DNA of 64,000 nt from Bdellovibrionales bacterium (GCA_965203275.1 OZ241865.1:2432001-2496000), one strand, 5' to 3'. Numbered from the stretch's first letter, positions 1 through 12,821 are shown. The notes: generated by a model not told the origin, from the letters alone. Translations and numbers: made by a program.

Positions 1-342
1 AGACCAAGTAGCTACTTGGTCCTTTTTAGCTTGATAGGATTCTTGATCTACGATAGGAGGTAGGGTATTGGGCATATCAAAAACAGCTGTCACACCTCCC
101 TTTAAAGCTGCTTTAGAACCTGTTGCAAAGTCTTCTTTATATGTCATACCAGGTTGTCGAAAATGTACTTGAGTATCTATGACACCTGGTAAGACAGTTA
201 AACCTCTGAGGTTTCTTTCTTCTCTGGCAGAGGCATGGGGGGGATTAATAGCAACAATTTTGTTGTCTGATATGGCAAGGCTTCCCTGTTCTAACTTGCC
301 TCGCATATAAATATTTGCATTTTTGAGTAGTAAGTCCCACAT
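1..342 (-). CDS. pyrC: Dihydroorotase, N-terminal part (runs off window start)
   Basis: Manual translation from ATG at 342: [12 protein letters not shown]...[15 protein letters not shown]...[12 protein letters not shown] (amidohydrolase motifs); not in the ORF track. Confidence 0.85.
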   Translation of the reverse strand, partial: MWDLLLKNANIYMRGKLEQGSLAISDNKIVAINPPHASAREERNLRGLTVLPGVIDTQVHFRQPGMTYKEDFATGSKAALKGGVTAVFDMPNTLPPIVDQESYQAKKDQVATWS

Positions 343-348
343 AAAACC

Positions 349-1284
349 TTAAGAAGTTAGTCCATAGCCAGCACGAAAGCCACCTCTCTCTAGACGTTGG
401 ATACGTTCCTTCAACGGTGGATGTGTACTCCAAAATCTTAATAAAGATCCTGATGAAGGTTTATTGGATATTTTTAAAGTGGCCAATGATTGATGGCTTA
501 CATCAACTTGATGGGTATAACTTTGTAGCTTTTTTAGGCTTTGTATCATTTTTTCTCGACCTGCTAAAGTAGCTCCCCCTGCATCAGCCCTGTATTCTCT
601 CATACGAGATACAAAAGCTACAAGTGGCATCGCTGCAAAGGCAAGCAGTGAATATATCAACTGATACACAATCATCCCCATAAAGAACCCTAAACCACTA
701 CGTCCACCATTTTCATCTCGTAAAGCATTTTCGATAATATTCATTATAATATGTGTAAAGAAAATCACAATAGCATTAACAACCCCTTGAACAAGAGCCA
801 TCGTGACCATATCACCATTGGCAACATGGGCTACCTCATGTCCTAGGACACCTTCTGCTTCACTTTTGTTCATGGAACGCAAGAGTCCCGTAGAAACTGC
901 TACTAAAGCATTATTCTTACTGGATCCTGTTGCAAAAGCATTTAGCTCAGGACTATCATAGACACCTACTTCTGGCATTTTGTTAAGTCCTGCCTTTTTA
1001 GCTAATCTGTGAGTTGTCTCCATAAGCCATCTATATTCTGGCGACCTTTCATTCTCAGAGATCATTTGAATATTTAAGGTTCTCTTTACAATAAATTTAG
1101 ATAACCACAAAGAAATAAAAGAACCACCAAAACCAAAAACTAAAGAAATTATGATGAAAGAACCATAAGTATTTGCAAAAATTTCTGGAAAGAATATTTG
1201 TGCTATAAACAACATAGCTATTAGAGAAGCCATAACTAAAAAGTTGACCATTAAAAAGAAAAATATACGCTTTGCTATAGTCAT
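349..1284 (-). CDS. htpX: Zinc metalloprotease HtpX (M48)
   Basis: NAFATG, HEVAH zinc motif, REYRAD, STHPP. Confidence 0.95.
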   Translation of the reverse strand: MTIAKRIFFFLMVNFLVMASLIAMLFIAQIFFPEIFANTYGSFIIISLVFGFGGSFISLWLSKFIVKRTLNIQMISENERSPEYRWLMETTHRLAKKAGLNKMPEVGVYDSPELNAFATGSSKNNALVAVSTGLLRSMNKSEAEGVLGHEVAHVANGDMVTMALVQGVVNAIVIFFTHIIMNIIENALRDENGGRSGLGFFMGMIVYQLIYSLLAFAAMPLVAFVSRMREYRADAGGATLAGREKMIQSLKKLQSYTHQVDVSHQSLATLKISNKPSSGSLLRFWSTHPPLKERIQRLERGGFRAGYGLTS

Positions 1285-1790
1285 TTTATCCTCCTTAATT
1301 GTTCAAGTTTAAATAATTGATTTAATTTATTATGTCCTTATATGTTTATTATACTAGTCTTTAGCATCGCAGTCTATACAAATAAAAGCTTAAAATACTA
1401 TTTATAAGCATAATATATACAAAAAACCACAAGTCAAGGCCTTATTTCGCTTTTTTATTTGAAATGTCAAAAAGATTGACTCATTTTGAGTGAGTAATAG
1501 TATCCCGGATAAGATAAAAGGATTTTTTGTATGATCATAACTATATTAAATAAAACTGCTATTTTTTATATCTTTTAACCTCAATGTATTAAAATTCTTC
1601 TAAAAAGATCATTTTTACTAAAAGCAATCAATTTTTAAGACAGGTCACTTTGAAAATAGCATAAGTCACCGGCGAGAGTTATTTTGAGTAAAAGGTAAAA
1701 CATTTTTTTGTTGATCTCTTGTAAAAATGATCTTAAATTTTATCTTAATACTACAATACACCATTAAACAAACATCAAAAGGCTTATTAA

Positions 1791-2285
1791 ATGAACAACT
1801 CAGAAGTACCTTCAAAACATGGTAAAAATATCTCTAGTAAAGCAGAAAGTGTTATTTTCGCTTCTATCTTTATCTTCATTATTTTATTTTTCCTCTTGAC
1901 CTTATGGATCAACAAGGGGCCTATTGATCAACCTGAACAAACACAAGTTGCAAGTTTTACAGAAGAAGAAAGACTACAAAGAAACCAACAATGGCAAACT
2001 TCCTCACCTCTTGCGATTAAAGAGGGACAAAAGCTTTTTGAAGTTCTTGTTTTTGGACAATTACAACCTATCTTTGATTTGATCCTACAGGGAGAATATG
2101 GCTCGACAGAGGTAGAGCTTTACAAAATACTGACCTACGGTCTTCCTGGCACAATTTTTAAAAGTTGGGATTACCTTCCACAATTTGCTAGGTGGCAGAT
2201 TGTTCATTATATCCGCTCTACAATGTCAGAACCTCCATCAGCGACTAAGGATGAATGGGATACTTTCAACAAAGAAAGGATTTAA
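1791..2285 (+). CDS. Membrane-anchored cytochrome c-like protein lacking CxxCH
   Basis: N-terminal TM helix; GQKLF and GLPGT...RWQIVHYIRS resemble cytochrome c; upstream of SCO/coxB. Confidence 0.5.
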   Translation: MNNSEVPSKHGKNISSKAESVIFASIFIFIILFFLLTLWINKGPIDQPEQTQVASFTEEERLQRNQQWQTSSPLAIKEGQKLFEVLVFGQLQPIFDLILQGEYGSTEVELYKILTYGLPGTIFKSWDYLPQFARWQIVHYIRSTMSEPPSATKDEWDTFNKERI

Positions 2286-2287
2286 AA

Positions 2288-3100
2288 ATGAAAGTTTTAT
2301 TAATACTTTTACTTTGTTTTGTACCTTATTCTACAAAAGCTGACAAAAATAAGTTACCTTGGAAAACCCATAAACCAGCCCATGAGAAAGTCGCAGCTTT
2401 AAAAAATGTCACTGTGAAAGAAAATTTAGGAAAGGAAATCAATCTTAATTTACCTTTTGTCAATGAACAAGGTGAAACTGTCACTCTCAAAGATTTTTTT
2501 AACCCTGATAAGCCTGTCCTTTTAACCCTTGTCTATTATACATGTCCTGGTCTGTGTAACTTTCATCTTCATGGAATCACAGATGCTCTTAAAAAGATGG
2601 ACCTGATAGCAAGTCAGGAGTTTGAGTTTGTAGCTATTAGCTTTGAGCCTAAAGATACCCCTCAAACAGCCTTAACTAAAAAAAATGAGTTTCAAAATAC
2701 TCCGCAAGCTCAAAAAGGAAAGTGGCATTTCCTTACAGGCTTACAAGAAAACACTAAAAATTTAGCAGATCAATTAGGTTTCTTTTATGAATGGGATGAA
2801 GAAAATAAACAATGGTCTCATCCTGCTGTGGCTTATGTTTTGACTCCTGAAGGGAAAATTTCACGTTATCTCTATGGTATTCAAGTATCAGATAAAACAC
2901 TTCGATTGTCATTGGTAGAAGCTAGTAACGGCAAAGTTGGGAATATACTAGACAGGTTTATTTTATATTGCTTTAATTATAATCCACAAGAACGTAAATA
3001 TAGCCTGATGGCTTTACGAGCCGTGCAAGCAGGTGCAGGCATTACATTAATTGTGTTGGGCTTTCTTTTAATCCCTTTTTGGATGCGAAAAGCTTTTTGA
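2288..3100 (+). CDS. SCO1/SenC family copper chaperone
   Basis: CPGLC (CxxxC) motif, WHFLTG, conserved His; precedes coxB; start placed at ATG 2288. Confidence 0.9.
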   Translation: MKVLLILLLCFVPYSTKADKNKLPWKTHKPAHEKVAALKNVTVKENLGKEINLNLPFVNEQGETVTLKDFFNPDKPVLLTLVYYTCPGLCNFHLHGITDALKKMDLIASQEFEFVAISFEPKDTPQTALTKKNEFQNTPQAQKGKWHFLTGLQENTKNLADQLGFFYEWDEENKQWSHPAVAYVLTPEGKISRYLYGIQVSDKTLRLSLVEASNGKVGNILDRFILYCFNYNPQERKYSLMALRAVQAGAGITLIVLGFLLIPFWMRKAF

Positions 3101-3286
3101 CTTTGATAGCTTATTGATTTGGATTTCAAATAAGATGAAGCTTTAATTTTTAATGAAGTAAAACCTAGTTAATATGACTTATTAAACTAAAGAAATCATA
3201 TTAAAGTCAGGTGAAACCATATATCACCTTATGATGTAGACAAAATAGGTAGACAAAATGGAGTGATGGATTTTTATAGAGGGGGT

Positions 3287-4276
3287 ATGACTATTAAGCT
3301 ATTTATTGGGTTTTGTTTTTTTATACTTGTAGCTTCTCAGATCAGCTTAGCTCAGAGCAATTATCTTCCTATACAAGCCTCTGAAGTCTCTCGGTCTGTG
3401 GATTCTCTGTATAATTTTTTAACTTATACAAGTCTTATTGTCTTTATAATTATGATGGGGGCTATTTTATTATTTGTCTTTAAATACCGTCGTCAATCAG
3501 AAGATCAAAAAACAGCTTACATTACAGGGAGTCACACCTTAGAGTTTATATGGAGCTTTGTACCTTTAGTGGTCTTTTTAGCTGTTTTTTATTGGGGATG
3601 GGTTGTTTATAAAAGCACCCGGTACTTTCCCGAAGATGCTATTACTATTCAAGTGACAGGCTTTCAGTGGGCTTGGAGCATGCAGTATGCCAATGGTAAA
3701 AAAACTTCAAATGAACTAACTGTCCCTGTAGGCAAAAGAGTTGTATTAAACATGCGGTCAACTGATGTGTTGCACAGTTTTTTTGTTCCTAGCTTTCGCA
3801 TCAAACAAGATGTTGTACCGGGATATATATCAAAACTTTCTTTTGTGCCTATTAAAACAGGTAGGTATCATATTTTTTGTGCAGAGTATTGTGGAACAGC
3901 CCATTCTGGTATGACAGGATGGGTGAATGTAGTAGAGCAGTATGAGTTTGAAGACTTTTTAAATAGGGATGACACAGAAGGTATACCACTGGCAGAGTTA
4001 GGTGAAAGAACTTATAAAAACCTTTGCATTGTTTGTCATTCAGTTGATGGTTCTCAAATAATAGGACCTTCTTTCAAAGGAATCTATGGGCGTACACAAA
4101 CACTTGTGGATGGTAGTACTGTGACCAGTGACGATAATTACCTTCGTAGCTCTATTTTAGATCCGAATACTCAAATTGTTAATGGTTATCCTCCTGGTCA
4201 AATGCCTATGTTCCAAGGACTACTAGATGAAGATCAAATTACACAATTGATTGAATATATGAAGACCTTGAAATGA
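3287..4276 (+). CDS. coxB: Cytochrome c oxidase subunit II with C-terminal cytochrome c domain
   Basis: DVLHSF, CuA motif CAEYCGTAHSGM, CIVCH heme motif; SD-like AGGGGG before ATG 3287. Confidence 0.95.
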   Translation: MTIKLFIGFCFFILVASQISLAQSNYLPIQASEVSRSVDSLYNFLTYTSLIVFIIMMGAILLFVFKYRRQSEDQKTAYITGSHTLEFIWSFVPLVVFLAVFYWGWVVYKSTRYFPEDAITIQVTGFQWAWSMQYANGKKTSNELTVPVGKRVVLNMRSTDVLHSFFVPSFRIKQDVVPGYISKLSFVPIKTGRYHIFCAEYCGTAHSGMTGWVNVVEQYEFEDFLNRDDTEGIPLAELGERTYKNLCIVCHSVDGSQIIGPSFKGIYGRTQTLVDGSTVTSDDNYLRSSILDPNTQIVNGYPPGQMPMFQGLLDEDQITQLIEYMKTLK

Positions 4277-4371
4277 CTATATGAAACTTAAGATTTTAAT
4301 TTCTTTCTTTCATTTCAATACCATCGACATGGAACTTTATAAAACTGATTAAGAAACAAAAAGACCTATCT

Positions 4372-5304
4372 ATGCAAAAAAGACTTTTTTGGAAAGCTTT
4401 ACAAAAAGGAGACTTAATTGATATAGTCGCTCCTGCATGGGCTTGCAAATCATCTGAAATACAAAAAGGCATAGCCTTTTTAAAACAAGAAGGTTTTGCT
4501 GTTCGACTCCAAAAAAATATTTTAAAAAAAGACTTTATTTATGCTAGTCATCTGAATAATAGACAAGCAGGATTAGAAAAAGCTTTACTAGCTACAGATT
4601 CCAAAGCTATTTTATGTTTGCGTGGAGGGTCTGGTAGTCTTCATCTTTTACCTCGATTGTTGAAATTAAAAAAACCTAAAAAGTGTAAACTACTCATAGG
4701 GTTGAGTGATATTTCTCTCCTACATTATTTTGTGAATCAAAAATGGAATTGGCCAAGCCTACATGCTCCTATGCTTGCTCGCTTAGGGGATAGGTGTAAG
4801 CCTGTAAAAGAGAAAAGAGAATTTATACAAGTTGTCACAGGGAAGGTCTCTCTTTTACATTATAAAAAGCTTAAAAAAATTAACAAAGCTACTGGTAAAC
4901 AACAGACTATAAAAGGTATTTTGGTAGGAGGTAATTTAGCTACTTTGCAAACAACATTAGGTACCTCTTTGTCTTTAAGTGGGAAGAATAAAATTTTATT
5001 CTTTGAAGAAATAGGTGAAAGGGCTTATCGTATAGATCGTATGTTACATCATCTACATTTAGCTGGCGTGTTTTCAGGGGTGAAAGCTATTGTTTTAGGT
5101 CATTTTTTATATCATTCAGAACGTTCACTTATAAGTTCTGTGCTGTCTCGTTTTTTTGCAGATTTTAAATGCCCTGTTTTTAAAGGGCTACCTTGCGGAC
5201 ATGGTCATCCTACTCAACACACACTTCCTTTAAATACCCCTTGTACTCTTTCTATCACTTCAAAAGGTCAAGAGATGTTTTGTCATACAGGAGTTCAAGC
5301 ATGA
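4372..5304 (+). CDS. ldcA: LD-carboxypeptidase (S66)
   Basis: RGGSG, GLSDIS, GGNL, FFEEIGE, GHG motifs. Confidence 0.9.
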   Translation: MQKRLFWKALQKGDLIDIVAPAWACKSSEIQKGIAFLKQEGFAVRLQKNILKKDFIYASHLNNRQAGLEKALLATDSKAILCLRGGSGSLHLLPRLLKLKKPKKCKLLIGLSDISLLHYFVNQKWNWPSLHAPMLARLGDRCKPVKEKREFIQVVTGKVSLLHYKKLKKINKATGKQQTIKGILVGGNLATLQTTLGTSLSLSGKNKILFFEEIGERAYRIDRMLHHLHLAGVFSGVKAIVLGHFLYHSERSLISSVLSRFFADFKCPVFKGLPCGHGHPTQHTLPLNTPCTLSITSKGQEMFCHTGVQA

Positions 5305-6377
5305 TGAATAAATTAGAAAAATCTATGCTAGAGTTTTTAAAACAAAATCAAGCAGAAGTAGCTACACCGGGATTGGTTTTAAGAGTTTATCGTAAAAGAA
5401 GAAAATGCATCGATATAGTATATGGAAAAACTTCTTGTTTTTATGATATTGCTTCTATTACAAAAGTCATGTTGACAATGACACGATTAATGATGCTTAG
5501 AAAAGATAAATTGTTTAATGAAACCAGTCAGATTCAAAAAGTCATACCTTGGTTTAAAGCAGGTTACTCTTTTGAGAGATTGTTAGCACATCAATCAGGA
5601 GCTATTGCATGGAAGCCTTATTTTAAAAAGATGTCCCTTAAGGCTTCGAGACAGGAGCGGTGGCTTTGGTTGCAAAAACAATTAAGAGCAGAGACTTCTT
5701 TTCAAAAATCTTTTTCAAAAGTAAGGACATCTATTTATAGTGATGTTGGGTTTTTGCTTTTAGGGGTTGCTCTGGAATACTTAGAAAGTCAAAGTTTATT
5801 GCACTCTTGGCAAAAAGTTCAAGAGGCATTCAAACTTCAAAAGACACATTTTAATATTGATCATACTCTAAAGTATAAGGTGTCAAAATATGCTCCTACT
5901 GAAAAATGTGCTTGGAGGAAAAAGCAATTACAAGGTCAAGTCAGTGATGAAAATGCTTATGCTTTAGGCGGTGTAGCACCTCATGCGGGGCTTTTTAGTA
6001 CGATAGACGATGTTTCCTCTTGGATATTGCAATTGAGGGATATATTTTATGGGAAGGTTTCTAAATTTATTGATCAAAGTACATTAAAAAAGTTTACTCA
6101 AACAAGCAGATCTGATGTAGATTTTGCTTTGGGTTTTATGAAGCCTTGTTTTCCAAGAGTAGTTAGTCAAAAAAAAGTCAATAGCTGTGGGCAGTATTTT
6201 TCTCGTCATTCGTTTGGACACACAGGTTTTTCAGGAACTTCTGTCTGGTTTGATCCTCGAAAAGACATTATTATAGTTTTATTATCTAACAGGATTTGCC
6301 CTAATAGAGATAATAAAAAATTTGTGACTTTACGCCCTTTGCTCCATGACTACATTGTCATGCAACTCACCTCTTAA
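5301..6377 (+). CDS. Serine hydrolase, beta-lactamase/AmpC-like
   Basis: SITK (SxxK), LLAHQSG, YSD, GHTGFSGT; ATG overlaps the ldcA stop. Confidence 0.88.
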   Translation: MMNKLEKSMLEFLKQNQAEVATPGLVLRVYRKRRKCIDIVYGKTSCFYDIASITKVMLTMTRLMMLRKDKLFNETSQIQKVIPWFKAGYSFERLLAHQSGAIAWKPYFKKMSLKASRQERWLWLQKQLRAETSFQKSFSKVRTSIYSDVGFLLLGVALEYLESQSLLHSWQKVQEAFKLQKTHFNIDHTLKYKVSKYAPTEKCAWRKKQLQGQVSDENAYALGGVAPHAGLFSTIDDVSSWILQLRDIFYGKVSKFIDQSTLKKFTQTSRSDVDFALGFMKPCFPRVVSQKKVNSCGQYFSRHSFGHTGFSGTSVWFDPRKDIIIVLLSNRICPNRDNKKFVTLRPLLHDYIVMQLTS

Positions 6378-6654
6378 AACCATTTTTATCTAAGATACTT
6401 TTTTCATAGGATTCATAGGATTATTTTTCTACAAAGCTGTAGTAGCTTTTAATTCATTGTAATATTAGCTATTTTATTGAAACGATCAAAAATCTTATAA
6501 TGAGAGGCCTTTTTTAAATAACTTATATTTGCTGTCTTAAGATATGTTTTATAGCATAGTTTGTCATAATTAATGCATATATCCTGGAATATCAAAAATA
6601 TTTTAATTTTTAAGCTTGAAAAGTTTTAAAATTAAATCTAAAGTAAGGGTTTAA

Positions 6655-9126
<2,472 letters not shown>

Positions 9127-9376
9127 AAATACCTTCAGATATCTTAAAAACTCTAATAGCCTCATATCAAAATAAGGATTTTTAAAAATAAAGTCAAGTG
9201 ATTTCAATATGTTATAAGAATAATGGACTGCGAAAATTTTGCCGTTGTATTTTTATCTTGCTTTGATATAAAAAATATGTAAGTATATAAGTGTTATATG
9301 TTTTGTATCAAAATAGCTATCATGTTATGAATATAAAATGTGTTAAACTATTTCACAGTAAATAAGGAGGTCTCAA

Positions 9377-9652
9377 ATGGATATGGATCAAGTATTAAAA
9401 GAAATGAGAGACATCAATAAAAAAGTCACTCAAAGTTTAGAAAACCAAAAAGAAATTCAAAAAAACCAGGCAGAGTTTAAGAAAGACCAAGCAGAGTTTA
9501 AAAAAGACCAAGTAGAGTTTAAGAAAAAACAAGACGAGATGGAAGCAAGGCTTGCAAATCAAGAAGAAACGACCAAGCACACAAATAAATTGGTATTAGC
9601 TATAAAAAAAAACTGGATTATACAAACCCTGATGGGTCAAAAGGCCGGCTAA
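9377..9652 (+). CDS. Coiled-coil repeat protein copy 1 (91 aa; -1 frame extension to 9723 gives 115 aa)
   Basis: TAAGGAGG RBS; three xxxQ(A/V)EF heptads; A9 run at 9604-9612. Confidence 0.8.
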   Translation: MDMDQVLKEMRDINKKVTQSLENQKEIQKNQAEFKKDQAEFKKDQVEFKKKQDEMEARLANQEETTKHTNKLVLAIKKNWIIQTLMGQKAG

Positions 9653-9746
9653 GCAATTTTATTTTTCAATTAATTCAGTGGCTTTTAAGACTTTTTATAG
9701 CAATAGGATTTAACCATAAATAAACTAACTTTTAAGGAGGTCTCAA

Positions 9747-10040
9747 ATGGATGATCAATTATTAAAAGAAATGAGAGACATCAGTAAAAAAGTCACTCAA
9801 AGTTTAGAAAACCAAAAAGAAATTCAAAAAAACCAGGTGGAATTTAAGGAAAACCAGGCGGAGTTTAAGAAAAACCAGGTGGAGTTAAAAGAAAGCCAGG
9901 CAGAGTTTAAGAAAAAACAAGACGAGATGGAATCAAGGCTTGCAGATCAAGAAGAAACGACCAAGCACACAAATAAATTGGTATTGGCTATAAAAAAAAA
10001 CTGGATTATACAAACCCTGATGGGTCAAAAGGCCGGCTAA
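9747..10040 (+). CDS. Coiled-coil repeat protein copy 2 (97 aa; extension to 10111 gives 121 aa)
   Basis: TAAGGAGG RBS; four heptads; A9 run. Confidence 0.8.
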   Translation: MDDQLLKEMRDISKKVTQSLENQKEIQKNQVEFKENQAEFKKNQVELKESQAEFKKKQDEMESRLADQEETTKHTNKLVLAIKKNWIIQTLMGQKAG

Positions 10041-10134
10041 GCAATTTTATTTTTCAATTAATTCAGTGGCTTTTAAGACTTTTTATAGCAATAGGATTTA
10101 ACCATAAATAGACTAACTTTTAAGGAGGCTTCAA

Positions 10135-10386
10135 ATGGATGATCAATTATTAAAAGAAATGAGAGACATCAATAAAAAAGTCACTCAGAGTTTAGAAAAT
10201 CAAAAAGAAATTCAAAAAAACCAGGCGGAGTTTAAAAAAGACCAAGTAGAATTTAAGAAAAAACAAGACGAGATGGAAGCAAGGCTTGCAGATCAAGAAG
10301 AAACGACCAAGCACACAAATAAATTGGTATTGGCTATAAAAAAAAACTGGATTATACAAACCCTGATGGGTCAAAAGGCCGGCTAA
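10135..10386 (+). CDS. Coiled-coil repeat protein copy 3 (83 aa; extension to 10457 gives 107 aa)
   Basis: TAAGGAGG RBS; two heptads; A9 run. Confidence 0.8.
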   Translation: MDDQLLKEMRDINKKVTQSLENQKEIQKNQAEFKKDQVEFKKKQDEMEARLADQEETTKHTNKLVLAIKKNWIIQTLMGQKAG

Positions 10387-10480
10387 GCAATTTTATTTTT
10401 CAATTAATTCAGTGGCTTTTAAGACTTTTTATAGCAATAGGATTTAACCATAAATAGACTAACTTTTAAGGAGGCTTCAA

Positions 10481-10711
10481 ATGGATGATCAATTATTAAA
10501 AGAAATGAGAGACATCAATAAAAAAGTCACTCAGAGTCTGGAAAATCAAAAAGAAATTCAAAAAAACCAGGTGGAATTTAAGAAAAAGCAAGACGAGATG
10601 GAATCAAGGCTTGCAGATCAAGAAGAAACGACCAAGCACACAAATAAATTGGTATTGGCTATAAAAAAAAACTGGATTATACAAACCCTGATGGGTCAAA
10701 AGGCCGGCTAA
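10481..10711 (+). CDS. Coiled-coil repeat protein copy 4 (76 aa; extension to 10782 gives 100 aa)
   Basis: TAAGGAGG RBS; one heptad; A9 run. Confidence 0.8.
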   Translation: MDDQLLKEMRDINKKVTQSLENQKEIQKNQVEFKKKQDEMESRLADQEETTKHTNKLVLAIKKNWIIQTLMGQKAG

Positions 10712-10841
10712 GCAATTTTATTTTTCAATTAATTCAGTGGCTTTTAAGACTTTTTATAGCAATAGGATTTAACCATAAATAAAATAAGGCATTTTGAATA
10801 AAAAAGCATGTCGCCGGCAAACAAATTATAATATTCCATCA

Positions 10842-12821
10842 TTAAATGTCATCTAAGTAAACCCAATATATGATTTGCCTGAATATATAATCACGTATTT
10901 TAGCTGTAGAAGCTGCTTGTAAATGACCATCTTTATCACGTGTCATAGCTCTTTGTGTTCCATCAGGTTGTTCTATCATTCGATAAGGCATACCATACAA
11001 ATTAATAGCAGAATCTATAAAATAAGTAAGAGTATCTTGATCTACATTATGTAGATAAGCTGAAAAACTCTTAATGATAGATGCCATCTGTGCTAAAGGC
11101 ATACCAACTACAAACCCTGAAGTAAACAACTTTACTCTATTTCTAAGAGATAAAGAAGATAAATGTTTACCATTAAAGAAAGATTTAATGAAGTGATATA
11201 AACCAATCAGATCATCTTGAGAAGATCCTACAAGAAGGCCTCTTAATAACATAAGAGTTATCTCTGGATTGTGTGTTTCTTGATTGATCATGAAAAAAGC
11301 ATCGATGAGTGTCTTTTCAGAAATATGCGGAGACATCTCAGCCATCATAAAAAGAATACCAGCATAATCATAACCACGATAGATCAGAGTATTAAAGAGA
11401 TCCCATCGTGTCCTCCAATATATATCTTGTAATTCAATAAAAACTTGACCTTGTATAAAGTTCTCCTTTTCTATCAAAGAATCAAAAATATCATCTGGAT
11501 GCCCTTCTGTAGGAGAGGAATCTAATAAACTGTCTTGGTCTGTTTGATCTTTGATCATCCTAATTAAATAAACATTTTGGAAGCTCCTCATGTAATTAAA
11601 TTTTACTTTTGTGTTTCTTCTTTTTGCTTTTTGATAAACGGAACTAGCTTTATTTAAAATACTATGAAATCTTTCTGATAAAGGGATGTTAAGATTTTGT
11701 TTGTAGGAATCTTTTTGCTGATCAGGAGGTTTTAAGCTCTCTATTTTATTCAATAAACCAGATATAACAAGCACCCTACGTAAAAAAGTTCCATAGAGAG
11801 AATGATGAAATAGTTCTTTAAAATCTTTTGATAAATCCATGAGCTGTTCCTCATTTAAACCAGTGAATTTAGTTAAAACGAATTTATGATATTGAGATTT
11901 AGATTTATTTTTGTCTTTGAATGGATGGTCTAGAAATATGGGGGTTTTTTGCTTTAGTGAGGGTATTATAGATGTGATTCTCATAAGGAAAGCTGTTAAT
12001 TGTATTGAACGTTTTAATACAGAGGCTTGTTGTGAAGGATCTGAATCTTGAGAATGATTTACTTTAGCATATCCCGATTTAAATTTCATCGTGTGTATAA
12101 ACCACTGTGAAATATCTATGTATGAAAAATTCTTCTCTATTTCTTTTAATAAGGATCGAGGTGTGGGCGACCGCACAGTAAGGGAGCTGTCATCTTGATT
12201 CATTGTTTTAACAATGTCATATAATATTATATTTTCTTCTCTGGATTTCTCTAATAAAGTAGGATTGACATGGTTTAAAGACCAGTCCAAATGATTTATC
12301 TTTTGTTCAAACCATTTGATGAGAATACCTGTTTTGGTAGGGCTGTCAACATAGCTAAGTACTTGGCCATACGGGGTATCCTGAACAAAATAAATGACAA
12401 ATGAGAGACGATTTATAGAGTGAATATAAAAAACTGTCTTTTGGTTGTTTTTGATTTGGATCACACGAGAGCTACTGTTTAGAAAATTAAATTTAGATCT
12501 ATCTATTCTGTCTATCCCATAAAAGATCAAATTATATTTTTGAGGGTCATTGTACATATCATATACCAACTCAGAAACAGTTAAAAATTTTATATCTTCC
12601 CAGTGAAAACTCCCCCATATTTGTTTTAGAGCTGAAATTAAATGATTGGTATTTGTATAAGGTAGTTGAATCTTATGAGAAGGTTGAGAGTATACTTCTT
12701 GAAATTGCATTAAAGCTTCATGACATGTTATACGTTTTTGATTTTTTTGATCTCCATAAGTTATGGTATGAAAATATATTATAAATAAACACAAAGTAAG
12801 AAAAAAAGATTTTATATGCAT
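10842..12821 (-). CDS. Hypothetical secreted protein (659 aa)
   Basis: Long ORF with signal-peptide-like N-terminus; no motif recognised. Confidence 0.75.
   Translation of the reverse strand: MHIKSFFLTLCLFIIYFHTITYGDQKNQKRITCHEALMQFQEVYSQPSHKIQLPYTNTNHLISALKQIWGSFHWEDIKFLTVSELVYDMYNDPQKYNLIFYGIDRIDRSKFNFLNSSSRVIQIKNNQKTVFYIHSINRLSFVIYFVQDTPYGQVLSYVDSPTKTGILIKWFEQKINHLDWSLNHVNPTLLEKSREENIILYDIVKTMNQDDSSLTVRSPTPRSLLKEIEKNFSYIDISQWFIHTMKFKSGYAKVNHSQDSDPSQQASVLKRSIQLTAFLMRITSIIPSLKQKTPIFLDHPFKDKNKSKSQYHKFVLTKFTGLNEEQLMDLSKDFKELFHHSLYGTFLRRVLVISGLLNKIESLKPPDQQKDSYKQNLNIPLSERFHSILNKASSVYQKAKRRNTKVKFNYMRSFQNVYLIRMIKDQTDQDSLLDSSPTEGHPDDIFDSLIEKENFIQGQVFIELQDIYWRTRWDLFNTLIYRGYDYAGILFMMAEMSPHISEKTLIDAFFMINQETHNPEITLMLLRGLLVGSSQDDLIGLYHFIKSFFNGKHLSSLSLRNRVKLFTSGFVVGMPLAQMASIIKSFSAYLHNVDQDTLTYFIDSAINLYGMPYRMIEQPDGTQRAMTRDKDGHLQAASTAKIRDYIFRQIIYWVYLDDI

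Larger units (their letters stand above)
9363..10782 (+). repeat. Tandem array of four near-identical gene units
   Basis: Units differ mainly by 21-bp increments; the 94-bp inter-ORF stretches are almost identical. Confidence 0.97.
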
